DNA of 64,000 nt from NCBI GenBank assembly GCA_963924565.1, contig OZ004607.1, positions 13,764,001-13,828,000 on the forward strand. The letters run 5' to 3'. The position numbers were made by a program, and so were the translations under genes. The notes beneath the pieces are model-generated. The model had not been told where the DNA came from. It searched no databases and saw only the letters and a program-made list of their open reading frames with translations. Positions 25,847 through 39,353 of the stretch are shown piece after piece. The DNA is from Ascidiella aspersa (Eukaryota). Within the stretch, counting starts at the first letter, position 1. Each line of letters opens with the position of its first letter.

Positions 25847-26032
25847 ATTCCTTAATAGGCTGCGTGTTACTTTGTTTATATTCACTTATAAATAACAAAT
25901 ATCTCTGTTAGGCCTACCAACATAGCACTACCTAAGTTTGAGCATTTCTCAAACTATAAGCAGTTTGCAAAAACAACACCATCTCTGTGAGAGGTATAGT
26001 AAAACAAAAAACAAACAACTGATTTGCTAGGC

Positions 26033-27402
26033 CAGGGTGGTCCAAGGTTGACAGCATCGCGGGTCACAATATTTCATGCATATTCTTTGCAGGCCACAAA
26101 CATAAGGTCACAGGAGCGGATCAACGATTTTTGTTGGATCGGGGCATGAAATGTTAAAAAATGACGTCACAAAGCATCGTCAAAGACTTATAAGCTCCAG
26201 AAACTTGCTACTAAAGTCGGACTTGCGCGCAAATGAAATGGAGTCTTATTGAGGCTGGGAAAAATGTGCGCGCGATGCGCGAAAAAAATGTGTATTTGAA
26301 AAAACTTTTAATTTAAAAGACTGCTTTTTATAAGCTTGGAATGTTCGCGGAAACCGTACGTATCTTAGCAAAGTTTTAAGAGCGATGCTGCACAATCGCG
26401 CAAAAATGTATTAACCGATAAATTTGGGTAAAATTGAATGTTAAAAAGGGTCAGAGCGTTATTCTAAAGTCACAATGAAAACCTCTAAAACAATACTTTT
26501 CAGCAGCGTGATATATTTTATTGTTTATTTATTTATTTTTCATTTAATAGTAATTTGTATAGGCTCATACTTTTTATGTAAAGACGAAAAACAAAACGCA
26601 AATATATCTTCCATTTCAGAAAGTTCCATATAGAACGCACTGCGGCTTTTCTTAAACTGGTCTAACACATATAAAAAATTAGGCGTTCTTGCCACACCCT
26701 GGATCCAAATTTGATGAGCGATAGGAAACTGGTTTATTTAATGGTAAAATGTAATCATAACCAAACAAAACTGTTCGTTGATCACTCATATTTATTTGAA
26801 CCCTCTAAGGCAGTGGTTCTCAAACTGGGGTCCGCGGTCCTTTTGGGGTCCGCGGGACAATTTTCTGGGACCGCCTAACAAAAAAATCAACACGACTCTC
26901 CTAAAGAAGATAATTTTTTGGGCAATAAAACTTTCAGGCAACTTACTTTTCCAAACCAAACTGATTAGTTGTTCATTTACGTTATTGCACGCTTTAGCTA
27001 AATTGTCCATTGTGTTGTCATAGTGTTGCGTTGTGCTAGTGAGAATTACGTTTTTACAGCTTGCTGCGCTGCCACTGTGGGCTGTACGGTCACGGTTTTA
27101 AAACTGTTCGTGATTGCTAGACTCAAATAAAGTGATTCGTTAATTAGAGGTTAACATAACTCATAGCAAAGAAGCAAGTGCACCCGTCCCATTGATACAA
27201 TTAAAAACAATGTGTTATTTTGAGTTTATTTGTGTATATTTTTAAGGACCGTGAGCAATTAAAAAATTGCTGGGGGACCGTTGCGTAATTTTTTAACAAA
27301 AGTTTGAGAACCACTGCCCTAAGGTATTACAAATAATTCATTACAATAGTTCAACAGTGCTCGCGGGCCACTAAAAATGAAGTCTTGGTTTGGACCACCC
27401 TG
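26033..27402. mobile_element. hAT-like non-autonomous element containing nested insertions
   Basis: TIR CAGGGTGGTCCAA/TTGGACCACCCTG; degenerate TSD TGCTAGGC/CGCTAAAC. Confidence 0.7.
26811..27316. mobile_element. Charlie-like MITE nested in 26033-27402
   Basis: TIR CAGTGGTTCTCAAAC/GTTTGAGAACCACTG; TSD CTCTAAGG/CCCTAAGG. Confidence 0.85.
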
Positions 27403-27825
27403 CGCTAAACTGTGAGGATTGAACGACCACTTTTCAAAAAACATGAAAAAATTAATTGTTTGTAAATGACTTTTAAAGGCTACACTTAAAGGCGTAGTTT
27501 GTTTAAATAATATTCCGCTAATCATTTTGTAGCATTATTCCGTTTGATCAAGCTAAGCTAAACGAGGAAGACATTTTTACGACATCGTAACTTTACAAGA
27601 TCAAGAGAGTCAGATTATCGCGCTAATAGTGTAAATATAAACCTAAATCTTTTGAACGAAGGCATTTGCAACGTGCCTTGCGGGCAATTGCCCACTGCCT
27701 CTAAATCGCCATCGGTCAGGTCTGTCAAAGCACGTTCAACCAGCAGAAGTAACTGTTGTGTAAAATATTTCTTTGTTTACCGCAGCTGCTGTAAACGGAA
27801 AATTAAACGGAAAAATAAAGGGAAA

Positions 27826-29727
27826 ATGTCTAAAAAGAATTGGAAACGTCGTGGAAGCTCGGTCGATAAGGAAGATATAAGTGAGCTAAAAACAATGTTC
27901 GAAATGTTTGACAGTCAAGGAAAAGGCAAACTGCAGGAAGATGACCTCAGGAAAATGTTTAGCGCACTCGGATTTCACGTACGTTCCGATGAGATGGCTG
28001 AAATTATGGCGGAATTCAGCAGCACAGAGGGAAATGTTACCTTTGAAGACTTTCAACGTGTTACTCGAGATAAAGCTAGGTCCGAGTTTATTGAAACAGA
28101 AGAGTTAAGACACGCCTTTCAGGTAACTTTCATGGGTGTTATAAGAAACATGTTAGGCTAACATTTACACTTTAAACGTAGAGCAACCAAAAGTAACATA
28201 GGGCGTTATATATCCAACCATGTTATTCGGAAACAATTTGTTTGATATTTTCTGTTATACCCATTCAAAGTTATCACATAATTTTGCTGCTGATGGGGCT
28301 ATAGAAACTTGCATTAACCCTAAGTATAACAAAAAAACGTGTTGTAGCGACTTAAATAACTGTTTTAAAGTGATTTTGACCTAAAGGCTTGACTTGGCAT
28401 ACATCTTTGATGCAAAACTAACTATCAACTTGGTATTTGTTCGGCAATGGTGCATGTTTAAGGTAATACTTGCAATAGAACGGGTTTAACATTTAGTAGT
28501 TTAATCTATTGATTTTCTGAAAACAAACCTGTCTTAGACTAAATTCCCTTGATTTTAGCTCATTTCAAAAAGGACTTGTTTACAAAGCTATCAGTGACAA
28601 ACTGACAACCAATTAAAATTACAAACTAGGAAGGTCATATATTCACGGAATGCTTTTGTTACAATTGGTTAAAAGTAAATCGTGCAGTTTTGGTTTAGGG
28701 CAGGGGTGCACACCATTTTAGCTGTTGGCGGCCGCATTAGCAGTCTTTATTTTTCTTATAGGCCTAAGTCATAAATAACGCGATGTCATTAAACAATAAT
28801 GCTTGAAAAGACACGATGTTCTCTAATGATCCCGTGCGAAAATATGTAAACCGAAATCCAGCCCAATCGCGAAAAGTAACGTGTTTATTGGATTTGAATA
28901 GGCAACAATTTCAATTCAAACGAAATGAGCTTGGACATTTCGTGTAACAATTAACAAAAATGGACTTTATAGATTGTGTTAGTAACGCAGTGCTACATGC
29001 TATAATATACATAACGCTTTTGATATAAACTGATTTACTTGAATGGACTTAAACACAATACAGACAGGTAGAAGTAGTCTACGTGCATAGCGCGACAAAA
29101 ATTGTATGTGCATAGTAAAAGTTGGTGAACAATACCGCCACTGCTTAATGTCACAATGCTATTTGCCGATCAGATGACCAGCAATTAAATACTGCTGTCT
29201 GCTTGGCCCAAAACATGAAAACCTGCTTAATTTTAGACCTGTTTTAAAATTCCAATTTGCGAAATAGGTAGACACAAGTTTGTATTAACGTATACGGCCG
29301 CCAACACTTACGCTTTCCTAAACACGTGCACGGCCGCAAAGTTATACAAAAAAACCGCGTGCGGCAGCAGGTTGTGCATCCCTAGTTTAGAGCTTCGCAA
29401 CAAAAGGAAAAAAATCTTAAAATGGCATACGATGCCACACTAGACTACAGCTTCGGTTTAATTTATTTACAAACTTATAAAGCTCAATGGAACTTCAATC
29501 AAACTTTTGATGGCTATTTGACAATACTTGTATTGCAGTTGTTCGACAAAGATGGCAACGGATACATCGAAAAAGACGAGTTGAGGCAATTACTGGACGT
29601 GATGGTTGAAAATCCAACGGAAGATGATGTTGATAGGTTGATGCAGGAAGCTGACGCTAACAAAGATGGCAGAATCGACTACGACGAGTTTGTCAATCAA
29701 ATAGCGCTTCTTAATGTGGAAAAATAA
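27826..29727 (+). CDS. Calmodulin-like EF-hand protein, copy A; exons 27826-28122 and 29539-29727
   Basis: MSKKNWKRRGSSVDKEDISELKTMFEMFDSQGKG...LRHAFQ|LFDKDGNGYIEKDE...DANKDGRIDYDEF; EF3/EF4 canonical; phase-0 GT-AG intron. Confidence 0.9.
28701..29384. mobile_element. hAT-like MITE in the EF-hand copy A intron
   Basis: TIR CAGGGGTGCACAACC/GGTTGTGCATCCCTA; TSD GTTTAGGG/GTTTAGAG. Confidence 0.8.
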
Positions 29728-31058
29728 CAATCGAGATAAATTTGTTTTAAACGTTTCCGCTCATATACGCAACATATAGCTTTCGTGACTCAGTAACGCA
29801 GATTATATTACTGCGTTTGTATGGAATGATTGGGGGTAAAGTTGTAGGTAAAAAAAAACGTACAATGTCAAAATTGTGTTAAGTTTACCACTAATTAATT
29901 TTACGTCAAATTATAAAAAAAGTGTTGTTGGGCAAACTTAGTATAGGCCTATACTTACTACCGACACATTATATTGATGCCTCACCTACATTAGGCCTAT
30001 GCAATAAACCTCGATTTTTGCAAACCTTTAACGTTTACTCTGTGTTATCTCAATTTTCGTGCCAAATTGTATACTGAAACATTTTTAAAATCGCGCCACG
30101 CGAGATTAGAGCATGACTGATCCATGCCTGTGTGGACAAACCAGGTGAAAAAAACACCGAATAATTGTACTCCATTTTGGTTAGATTTTTTACCGTGTTA
30201 AAAGTTTTAAAGTAACTACTTTTTTAAGGTGGCCACAAAAATATGAATATATCGCGTTGAATGAAATCTTCTACTGCAACAAATAGATTTTATTTCAGAA
30301 CACGAATACTACTGCATTCGTGCAGATGTTTTTCTTCCCTTGTATATAAAATTGCATCGTTTTTACTATAAGATTTTTTTTGTGACCAAGACAAGTTGAG
30401 GTACATTTGTTTGGAAACTATAAAACGATTTAAGATTTTTCATTTAACAGATATTTCAGGTTAGGATAAAATCTGTAATTGTTTTCAAGGCTTATCTAAA
30501 TTATTAATGATAAAATTAAAAAAATACAGCGTTTCTCAGACGAACTACAACTTTTTTTAGGAATACTTTTTTGAAAGGAGTAAGACTTTAAACGTATTTT
30601 AGTAAAATAAACATCTTGAAAATCTTATTTGGAGGTTTTTTTTTATTACTTACCTTAAAGAATAAAATATACAAAAATAATAGGTCAAAATAGGATGTTT
30701 TTTCTAAAAGATTGCGGTATTGCAGTGCACTGCTGCAAAACGTAACATCATTTTATTCTAATCCATTGCCCTGGTCCCTAAATTGTTCCACAAATCGCCG
30801 TGTATAAAATCATATGCCCTCCGAAGGCGACAACCTCTAAATTCACAAATCATCCTGTTGACTGGTGCTATTGTGCACAGGTCAGTGTTGACATCATTCC
30901 GAGTTCTACAATAACTGCCGTACAGTGACTGTGAACCTCACGTAAAAATAAACTGCTATGGATGCGGTCGTGAACCTACGTGTACAAAAAGCAATTTTGA
31001 GAAAAAACATGTACTTTTCGCCAAAAGACAGTAGCTACTAAAATACAAGATGCTTCAA

Positions 31059-34000
31059 TTATAAGGTCAACAGCAAATTGATTTCCTCGACCGGCGTGCG
31101 CAGGCGAATTCCCTGGTCGCGAATATACTTGACCACGTCGTCCACTGTTTCTGAACTGAGACTCACTCGGTCGCATGCGATCTTCTTCGACCACGGACAA
31201 GCGGCTGTGGCGCGGATAAGAACCGTCCTGGGATCGCGACTTAGGCGCGCGTAAAGCCTCCACAGCAGCACGCTGCCGCAGTGGGCGTTTACCGCTCGTT
31301 CGAGAATGTTCGATACCCTTGGTGGCGCCTGGGAGGCATTTTTTTCTTCCGGGGAGCCGGCGTCGTTTTTCCTTCCACTGTTGCGCAGCAGCTCGAAGTA
31401 GACGGCGTAAAGGAAGCTTCGCGGCGTCGAATCGAGTCCGCCGAAGATTCGCCGAGCTACGCTGCTAACTGATGACCCGATATCGACCTGACGCAACAGA
31501 AGTTTGAGTCACTGGTACAATGAACACCTTTTAAAACGTGTTAATTAGTCTTTTCGATAAAAGACCCATGTCTTTTGTTAGTAATGTCCGATACTAGATA
31601 TTTCAATCCGATAACCCTATATTTTGGACAAAAACATCGCGATCCGATCCAACACTACTTTTTTATGCCAAAGCAAAATAGATTAAAGTTCAACGAACAA
31701 AGGTATTTTCTAGGTTGTTGCGCAAGTGAAATATTACTTTAGTGTGAAGACGTTCAGTTACTTCCCATTGTTAACCTACAATTGTTGATCAATTTACCTT
31801 TTAAGTTGAATCCCTGGGTTGGGTCATAAATTATGGCTAAAATTTTCACATTATATTTGGTATCGGATCGGTAACGATACCACTCTAGTATCGGATAAGG
31901 ATCTACCACTTGATATCGGGTATCGGTTACGATCCGATATTGTCGGACATTCCTAGTTTTTATTTGCTTTAAAAAGATTTTTTTTTCGTAGGAAGCGTGT
32001 TTCAACCAACGTGTGTGAAATCGTAGGTAAAAAAAGATAATTGGGACCAACTGGGATATAGGAATAAACTAATACTGCAACTATGCATAAGGAATTAAAG
32101 TAATCATTTTAACTAACATTAGCATTGATACTGTGTTCTCCATATCGCCAAACAACGGGGTGGTTTTGTAAGTTAGGTGCTTTGTCATGTGTTAATCTAT
32201 TAAGTTGTTAAGATAACATTTTGCACAAATACAGAAACCGCAAAGCTTATAAGTTAAAATTTGTAAAATCGCTAAAATATTCAAGTAAAATCGGAAATAA
32301 ATTGTTTTTTCTCCTTTTCTGGGATTGCACTTTCCTACAAAATCTTTACATAAGTCCGAAAACAGCAGCCATAAACTCACCTGGCAAAGCTGCAAGGCGA
32401 ACCCCGGGTTGTCCGGGGAGTCGTCCAACGCGGACAGTAGGGTGTTGCGAAAGGCGTTGTGGTGTTTGTGATCTTGCTCAACGAGGCGAATTATAACGCT
32501 GTGGACGCAGTTGAGGTCAACTTTCGCCTGAAGGTTACCTGACCAAACATTATGTTAACATACAGTATTACGTTTGGGAGATTTTAACGGGTAAAAAAAC
32601 GTGTAAAACGGTCCGAAAGGGTGCCTTTCTAGCTTAGGCTCGCAATATTGTCCTTGGTAAAATATTGTTAACACTTGCTTCATGCTTTTAAAAATATTCA
32701 CTTAAAGTATTAGGTCAGTACGCCTTATAAATTACACATGGTTTGTCTGTGTATATTTTCACGCACAAAATTCTGCTAAGTTTGATGTCATATAAATTAA
32801 GCCATTACAAAATAAGGACTTTTCCGTCTAATATTCAACCCAAAATAAAATTATTCAAAGGACCCATAAAGCACTTGAATCATCACCAATCTGTGCTACT
32901 TCGGTCCGCTCAGTCAAGCAATGAACTAAGCACAACGAAGTTTTTTGGTTGGTTAATTCGCTCGAGCAATTGAATACAACAAAACCCTGGGATATTATGC
33001 CAACCGGATTAACTTTGTGTCATTTATCGCTTTTGTATACGTTTGTATGTGAACGCAAGAAAACTGTTGGAAAAAACAAAAAATATACCTCATTTAACAT
33101 GGGCAGCGTTAAGTATTTGTAAAAAAATTAATACTTTGATAGTAGAAAAACTAAATATTTTTGTTAATTTGCATACGAATCCAGACAAAGTTTTATTAAT
33201 CCCCACCGGTTTTGTTTTCTTCTCGCAAGCTGTCCACATACGGTTGAAAAGTTCTTGCCGAAACCTCGCTATTGGTTATTTTTAGGTATATGCCGTAGCA
33301 ACAGATTAAATTGGCAAACTCACTAGGATTGCCCTCGTCCTCAACTTTAACCTGTAAAATCAAACAAAACTCCCATTTAGCTTTGCGTATTGTAAAAATC
33401 CAAAATAATAGGAACGCGTGATACAGTAAAGCTCAATGTTTATCCAGGGTTTCTCAACCGTGGCCCTCAGCCCATCTTGGGGGGGCACAGGCAAAACTCT
33501 CTAGCTAGGTCGTAGTGTTGCAAAACCCAACAACTCAATTGACATTATTTTCAAAATTTGCCAGTTAACTTAATTTCGTGTTTTTTTTTAATTCGAATCC
33601 AAAATTGTAATCGAATCCAGTTCTGCCGTTTATATCGGGTAAGTGGAACCAATAAAATTTGTTCGTTTTATTGCGGAAAGTTATGCCTAAGTCAATTGCT
33701 TTAAATCATTCTTTCTAAAATAATAAACGACCTCGCGACAACATTCAAGTAAGCAACTCTTCAAAAAACAGACAAAACGCACCTGCTTGTAAAGGCAAGA
33801 AAGCTCCTCGCACTGGCGCTGCAGGTTCCGGGCGGCACGAAGCACCACGGCACCCGACACTTCCTTCTTGGCGCGCAGGTAGCCCAGGAAGTCGCGTTCA
33901 TCGCCAAGAGCGCTCAGCACCTTCTTGACGGCCTCCACGTCGCGTTCGAATTCAAGAGACGCAAATTCGCGGCAGATCAACAGCGCGCTTTTTTTCTCCT

Positions 34001-37000
34001 TGCACGAGAAAAGCGCGTTAAAAACGACCTTCTTGCCGTCTTCCCACTTGCCGGCGAGCGCTTCAATCCTGGCAAGCTTGCGCCAGAGCGCGAAGTTGAC
34101 CGGGTCGTTTTGCAGCAGACCCCTAGCGGCGGACCTCGCCTGTTTGTGGAGCCGCTTGAGGTCGCCCTTATGGTCCTTGCGACCGGAGATAGCGGCGAGC
34201 CGTGCGGCGTAGTAATCCAGGCATACGGAGGCGACGAGCTGTTTGTGTGCGGCTGGACAGGTGGAGTGTAGTTGGTCGAAGAGCCGGCGTGCGAACTCGT
34301 GGTGAGGCCGGTCGGGCAAAATGCCGCAGCGACACGAGGTGGCGTCGCAGAGCAGGTCCAAGTGCGTCGGTTCGCCGGGCGAGCAGCAAGCGTGACGGGC
34401 GTGAGTGGCGTGGCAAGGCGAGCTGATAAGAAAGTCGTCGTCCCGTACATTCTGAGTTAAGTGGTTGTTAGCAAGTGTGAAGTTTAACCTGGAGGTCTCC
34501 AAACATACGACAGGCCAAGCTGACTTTAAGCAGCGGTTTTAATAACTTGAACATTCCAACATATATTATATCAAAAGTTTACTTGCCATAACATAAAAGT
34601 AAACGATTATATTAATGGTAACTAATTCAAATGAGGGTTTTCTGATTTGTTGTCCGCCAATAATTTAGTTAGAAAAAAGCTAAAACATATAGTTTGTTTT
34701 ATAAAATGAAAAACAAAGATTTTCATTTTAAGAAAAACGCTGAATAACAGAGCTATTCCAGAACGAGTCAAACTTTTATTAACAGAATAGCTGCATACCT
34801 CCGTTTTTACTCCAAGAAACGAAACGAGCAAACGCAAAATGGAGATTTTTGAGCAAGTTTCCTTCGGAAAGAATACGAATCCTTGAATTTCATCAAAATT
34901 GACCTACGTAGGAACAATGTTTAGTTTGGACAGAAAGAAATACATATGCAATAGCATACTTTTCTTGAGAGGTCTTCGCATTCCTCTTTAGATCTCCACG
35001 CCGAAAGTTGTCTGCAAAAAAAATCAATTTTACAAGACAAATCAATCTTACGTCGACAATAAAAATGGATGATCTCAGTACATACTGAATAAAAGCCTAA
35101 CGTTATAATTATGTTGCCACCACGATGGTGAAAAATATTTTGTGGGATAGCTGACGTTAAAATGAACCAAAGCTTGCTCATATCATGTTGTATAACCCCA
35201 GCAACCCTCATGACGATACAAAATACACAAAATAAAAAATATGCAAAACACAATAAAAAAAAATTCGCCACACGATGGATAATATTCAGGCACACTATCA
35301 TGATGGATCTTATTTCAGGCACACACACGGTTTGCTAAGCATATAACCTTGAGCTTGAAATATCAGGAGTAACTGACTACGTTAAGCTATATACGACAGT
35401 CAATTAAGCAGAACCAAGTGACTTCAATTCATTGAAATTAAACAATGTACTCATAATGCGAACATCGCATTTTTTATTTGCTTTTAAAAAACGCAAAGGC
35501 CCAAAAAGAAATTCCTTTAAAATGGTCTTACCTCAACGAGCGATTTTCCTCGATCATTAGCCAGTTCTCAGCCACAGACTTGTCGAAGTCGACGTCCGCT
35601 TCGTCGTCTTCGTCATCATCGCCTTCGGTCCCTCCCGCTTCGTCCCCGGCACTAACCCAGCCCCCTTTCTCGTGCTTCAGGAACCAAGCGTCCCAACCCG
35701 AGGACCGTTCCTCACCCAAAAGAGGCTCACCGCTGACGTAAAAGTCGCGCACTGCGGAGAGGCTCGCGCATTTCAGTGTTCTAACGTTCACTTCGACCAT
35801 GACAACAAGCATAGTCACGCACAGCTCAGTGTGGCCCGTCTCGGCCAGAAACTGAACCAGATCGCGGAAGATGGCCACCAGGTCCGCTTCGGCTTCAGGG
35901 CAAGGCTCCTTCGGTTGAAACGAGCCGTCGTTGATGGCCGCCAGGGTCTGGATGGCCCGCTCGAATGCCTTCATCGTGCGGGCGACCACATGCTGCGTTC
36001 CTTTCTGTAGCATTAGGTTTAGTTGGTGAGCATCAATTTAAAAAAACAATTCCACACACTCTCAGGCTTCTAAAAAAATGAAATCACTCTCGCCTGTAGT
36101 ATTGCTCCCTTTGATTTACATTACAGTGGCTACAAAACCTAATTTGGCAATGTTATCGAATTGTGTTGTTTATGAATGAAACCCAGTTAACGGTACATTA
36201 GGAGTAAATTTACTCAAATTACAATTACAATGGGGTTGAAATTGTAAGAAAAACCCTTCACTTTGATAAGAACATTTTAGGTTTATTTATGCTTTTTTGG
36301 CAGACAGCTGTTACATTTACCATGTTGCCATTAAAACATAAATGAACTACTTAAATGCAAACAAAGAAGGTCACAATGTCAAGCATACAAGCTGTTTCCA
36401 AAATCATATAAATCCAGCAATATTAAATAAAATGCAAAATCAACATAAGGATTGTTTAAAACTAAAAAGTATATGATTTGTTTCTTACTTTCACGTGGTT
36501 AATATAAGCTTCCCATGATTTCCTATTTCCCGGGTGCTGAAACACCAGATCTTTCCAATCTCTTTCACAATCTTGAGATATGCTTTCTAGAAGGATCATA
36601 TATGATAATGCTTTTCAACCTTTAAAATTTCCATCCGCACTTTTTTATTTCGGAAAATTTTCATCCGCACGAAACAAGCACAGTAAGTTTGTAAGTTTAA
36701 CCTTTCACAGTAAGTTTAACCTTTGATTTATTTTCAATGTAAGGGCTTGTGTATTAAAACCGTGTGACTAAGCCTTGGCCGATATAAAATAGATAGCTTA
36801 AGCTGCAATGAACAACTATGAGACTATATTACTGTATCTGTAACGCAAAAGTGTGCGCACCAGCTTATTTGATTACTGTATTACACATAAGAAAATAATA
36901 GCATGCGCCATTTTCATCCGCACATTTATCTGCATAACATTTGTCATCCGCACTACAATTTTTTTCATCCGCACAAGTGCGTACCATCCCACGGGTTGAA

Positions 37001-39353
37001 AAGCACTGATATAGGATATGCCAGTAAGCTATGATATTGCTAAGTGACTACAACAAATTTCTAAACTGATATATACTGACCACAAAGTTGAAGTCTTTTC
37101 AATTTGAGTTGCAGGTTTAGGGGATTTACAGATATTGCCTTATCCAATATTGAAATCTTCTTTTCAGCAACAATCTTTACATTTTTACTTCCAATTTCTG
37201 CTCAAAATTAAAAAAGGTCCCCATAATAAATGAAAGCTTGGGTAAAATCAATACAGCACTTACTATCTTGTAACCTAACAAGTTCCATCCAAGCCAATAT
37301 GTTTTCCGGGTGCTCACGAGTTATAATATTCAATTGTTCAGTTTCAGATTTGATGGTGCTTTGGAACATTTCATTGTCCTGCAGATAAAGATAAATTACA
37401 TTTTTACTATTACACACAAATAAAATAACTGTTGGCTCATAAAGAAATGTTTAATCAAATAGGGCATTAAGTATTTTTATCAAACAAAAAGAAACTGACT
37501 AACTAAATTTTCTTGATTGGACCCAAAAGTAGCTGCTACTTTGAGTGAAAAAGTTGACAATATAAATTTACTTTATTTTATTAATGCAGAAGGGAGAAAA
37601 CAAACCCAAATGTATGCACCTTTAATAAAATGATTCACCATTTTACTTTTGTAGGCTACTCTTTTTCGATATGAAGGTTTATACCACCTTTGTACCCTAC
37701 CGCATGTATTTCTTGGATATTGTTTAAATGGAAGTATCTCTCCAAAGCAACTTTTCTCTTTTTCCTTTTTTGTTCTTTAAATTGTATTGCATAGTAAGAT
37801 GGTAGACCAATACAAGAGGAAGAACAGCGATAAAACCTTAAACATATAAATTCAATTAGCATATTGTTGCACAGTAAAACAATCTTTTACTTGCATCCTA
37901 CGTACTTTGGTATGAATACTTTGTATGGCTTGGTAAAGTAAAGGTTATTTTTGTCACAACTTCTGTCAATTGTAATTTCATTATCAAAGGAACTTGACAA
38001 GGTTGTTGCTTCACTCACAGGTTGCAGCAAATTGGAAGAAGTATTCACCACATCAACCTCTGCTGAATCAGATGAACTTTCCGAATCGTTTTCAACATCT
38101 AGAAACATTCAAGTGTAGAGGATTTGTAAAAAATAAGTGGCATGCTCAATATTCACAATGTTTAATTTCCTTTATCTGAGCCTAATCCATGCTTTGCTAA
38201 AAATAATCGCTAAACGTGAAAAATTTGGGATTAAAACTCAATAATTACAGTGTGATTATATGAATAAAAAGTTGAAGATGAATGCGGTAAAGTTATTGGA
38301 GCTGAGGTTTATTTTTATTCTTTAAAACTTACCATCATTCGCAAGCTTATAGTCAACTGATACTGTATCAATAGCTGGTTGATGTTTTTTTCTTAAAAGG
38401 CAAGCAGCTTCTTTTTCAAAGCTTTGATTTTCCAGCCATTTTTGTGGACCTGGTAGCAAGAATTTTATTTTATTAAAAAATTTAGAGTTGCCTTGTAGCA
38501 GTTAAGCTATTCAATAACTAGAACAGTCATGAACTTCCTGAAATAATAAAATGCAAATGCAAGAATATAATATAACCAATAAATCTGGACAATTTTCGGG
38601 GTTTACTTTTAAAAGGTTGAAAAAAACTCGCGGGTGCACTTGTGATACTTTCCACAGGGGTACCCAATTATGTCAGGGTCATCATTTGGTGTAAAATGTT
38701 TCCTCAATCATAATTTTATTATGGCCTTTTTAGCGTATATTTGCGACAATTCTGTATAATTTTTAGGCTATAAAATTTAGATCTTTTCGTTGGCAGCGAA
38801 ATATTATGGAATGCAGACAGGATATGGACATGTGTTACATATATGACATATAGAAAAATCGTTTTTTAAATAATATAGGCCCTAATAATATAGTAGATAC
38901 ATGTAGTTCCATGGTACAATTACGTAAACAAGTATCAATAAAAATTGGCGCTCTTTCACTATTGTACGTGAAAAGTTATGCAAAAAAAAATAATAATAAT
39001 ACCGCATACCACAACGCATATTGTTTGGGTTAGGGTGCGGGTTAGCGTTTGAGTGAGGGTGGGTCAAGTAATATTATGTTTATTATTAATAATAACTTGA
39101 CCCACCCTCAACCAAACGCTAACCCGCACCCTAACCCAAACAATGTGTTGTGGTATGCGGCATTTGAAGAAAATTTTTTTTTATTACTTTTTAAGTACAA
39201 TAGTGAAAGAGCGCCTAAAAATTTAACATCAATCATTTACCATGATAATTATGGTTACGGTCACACAGTCTGACAGTCATTAAAACGTGGGTATATAGTA
39301 GATTTACCTTCTGCATCTTTCTGGGAATTGGTATTGGCGGCAGATGGAAACAT
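31059..39353 (-). CDS. NRDE2: NRDE2 (nuclear exosome regulator / nuclear RNAi factor); multi-exon, some internal boundaries approximate (e.g. 39308-39353, ~38333-38449, ~37263-37380, 35532-36005, ~33783-34500, ~32381-32537, 31059-31487)
   Basis: N-terminus MFPSA, KWLEN motif, EHPENILAWMELVRLQD, EKKISILDKAI, ETGHTE, FYVSGEPLLGEERSSGW, LLWRLY...RATAACPWSK...GIRLRTPVEE C-terminal signature. Confidence 0.88.
36606..37008. mobile_element. hAT-like MITE in an NRDE2 intron
   Basis: TIR TGCTTTTCAACC/GGTTGAAAAGCACTG; five internal CATCCGCAC repeats; TSD ATATATGA/ATATAGGA. Confidence 0.7.
38947..39215. mobile_element. Merlin-like foldback MITE, second copy (opposite orientation) in NRDE2 intron 1
   Basis: TIR GGCGCTCTTTCACTATTGTAC/GTACAATAGTGAAAGAGCGCC; perfect 8-bp TSD TAAAAATT; homologous to 20613-20859. 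Confidence 0.88.

Noticed and set aside
33925-34460. Several overlapping ORFs on both strands
   Set aside because: Shadow frames of a GC-rich NRDE2 exon
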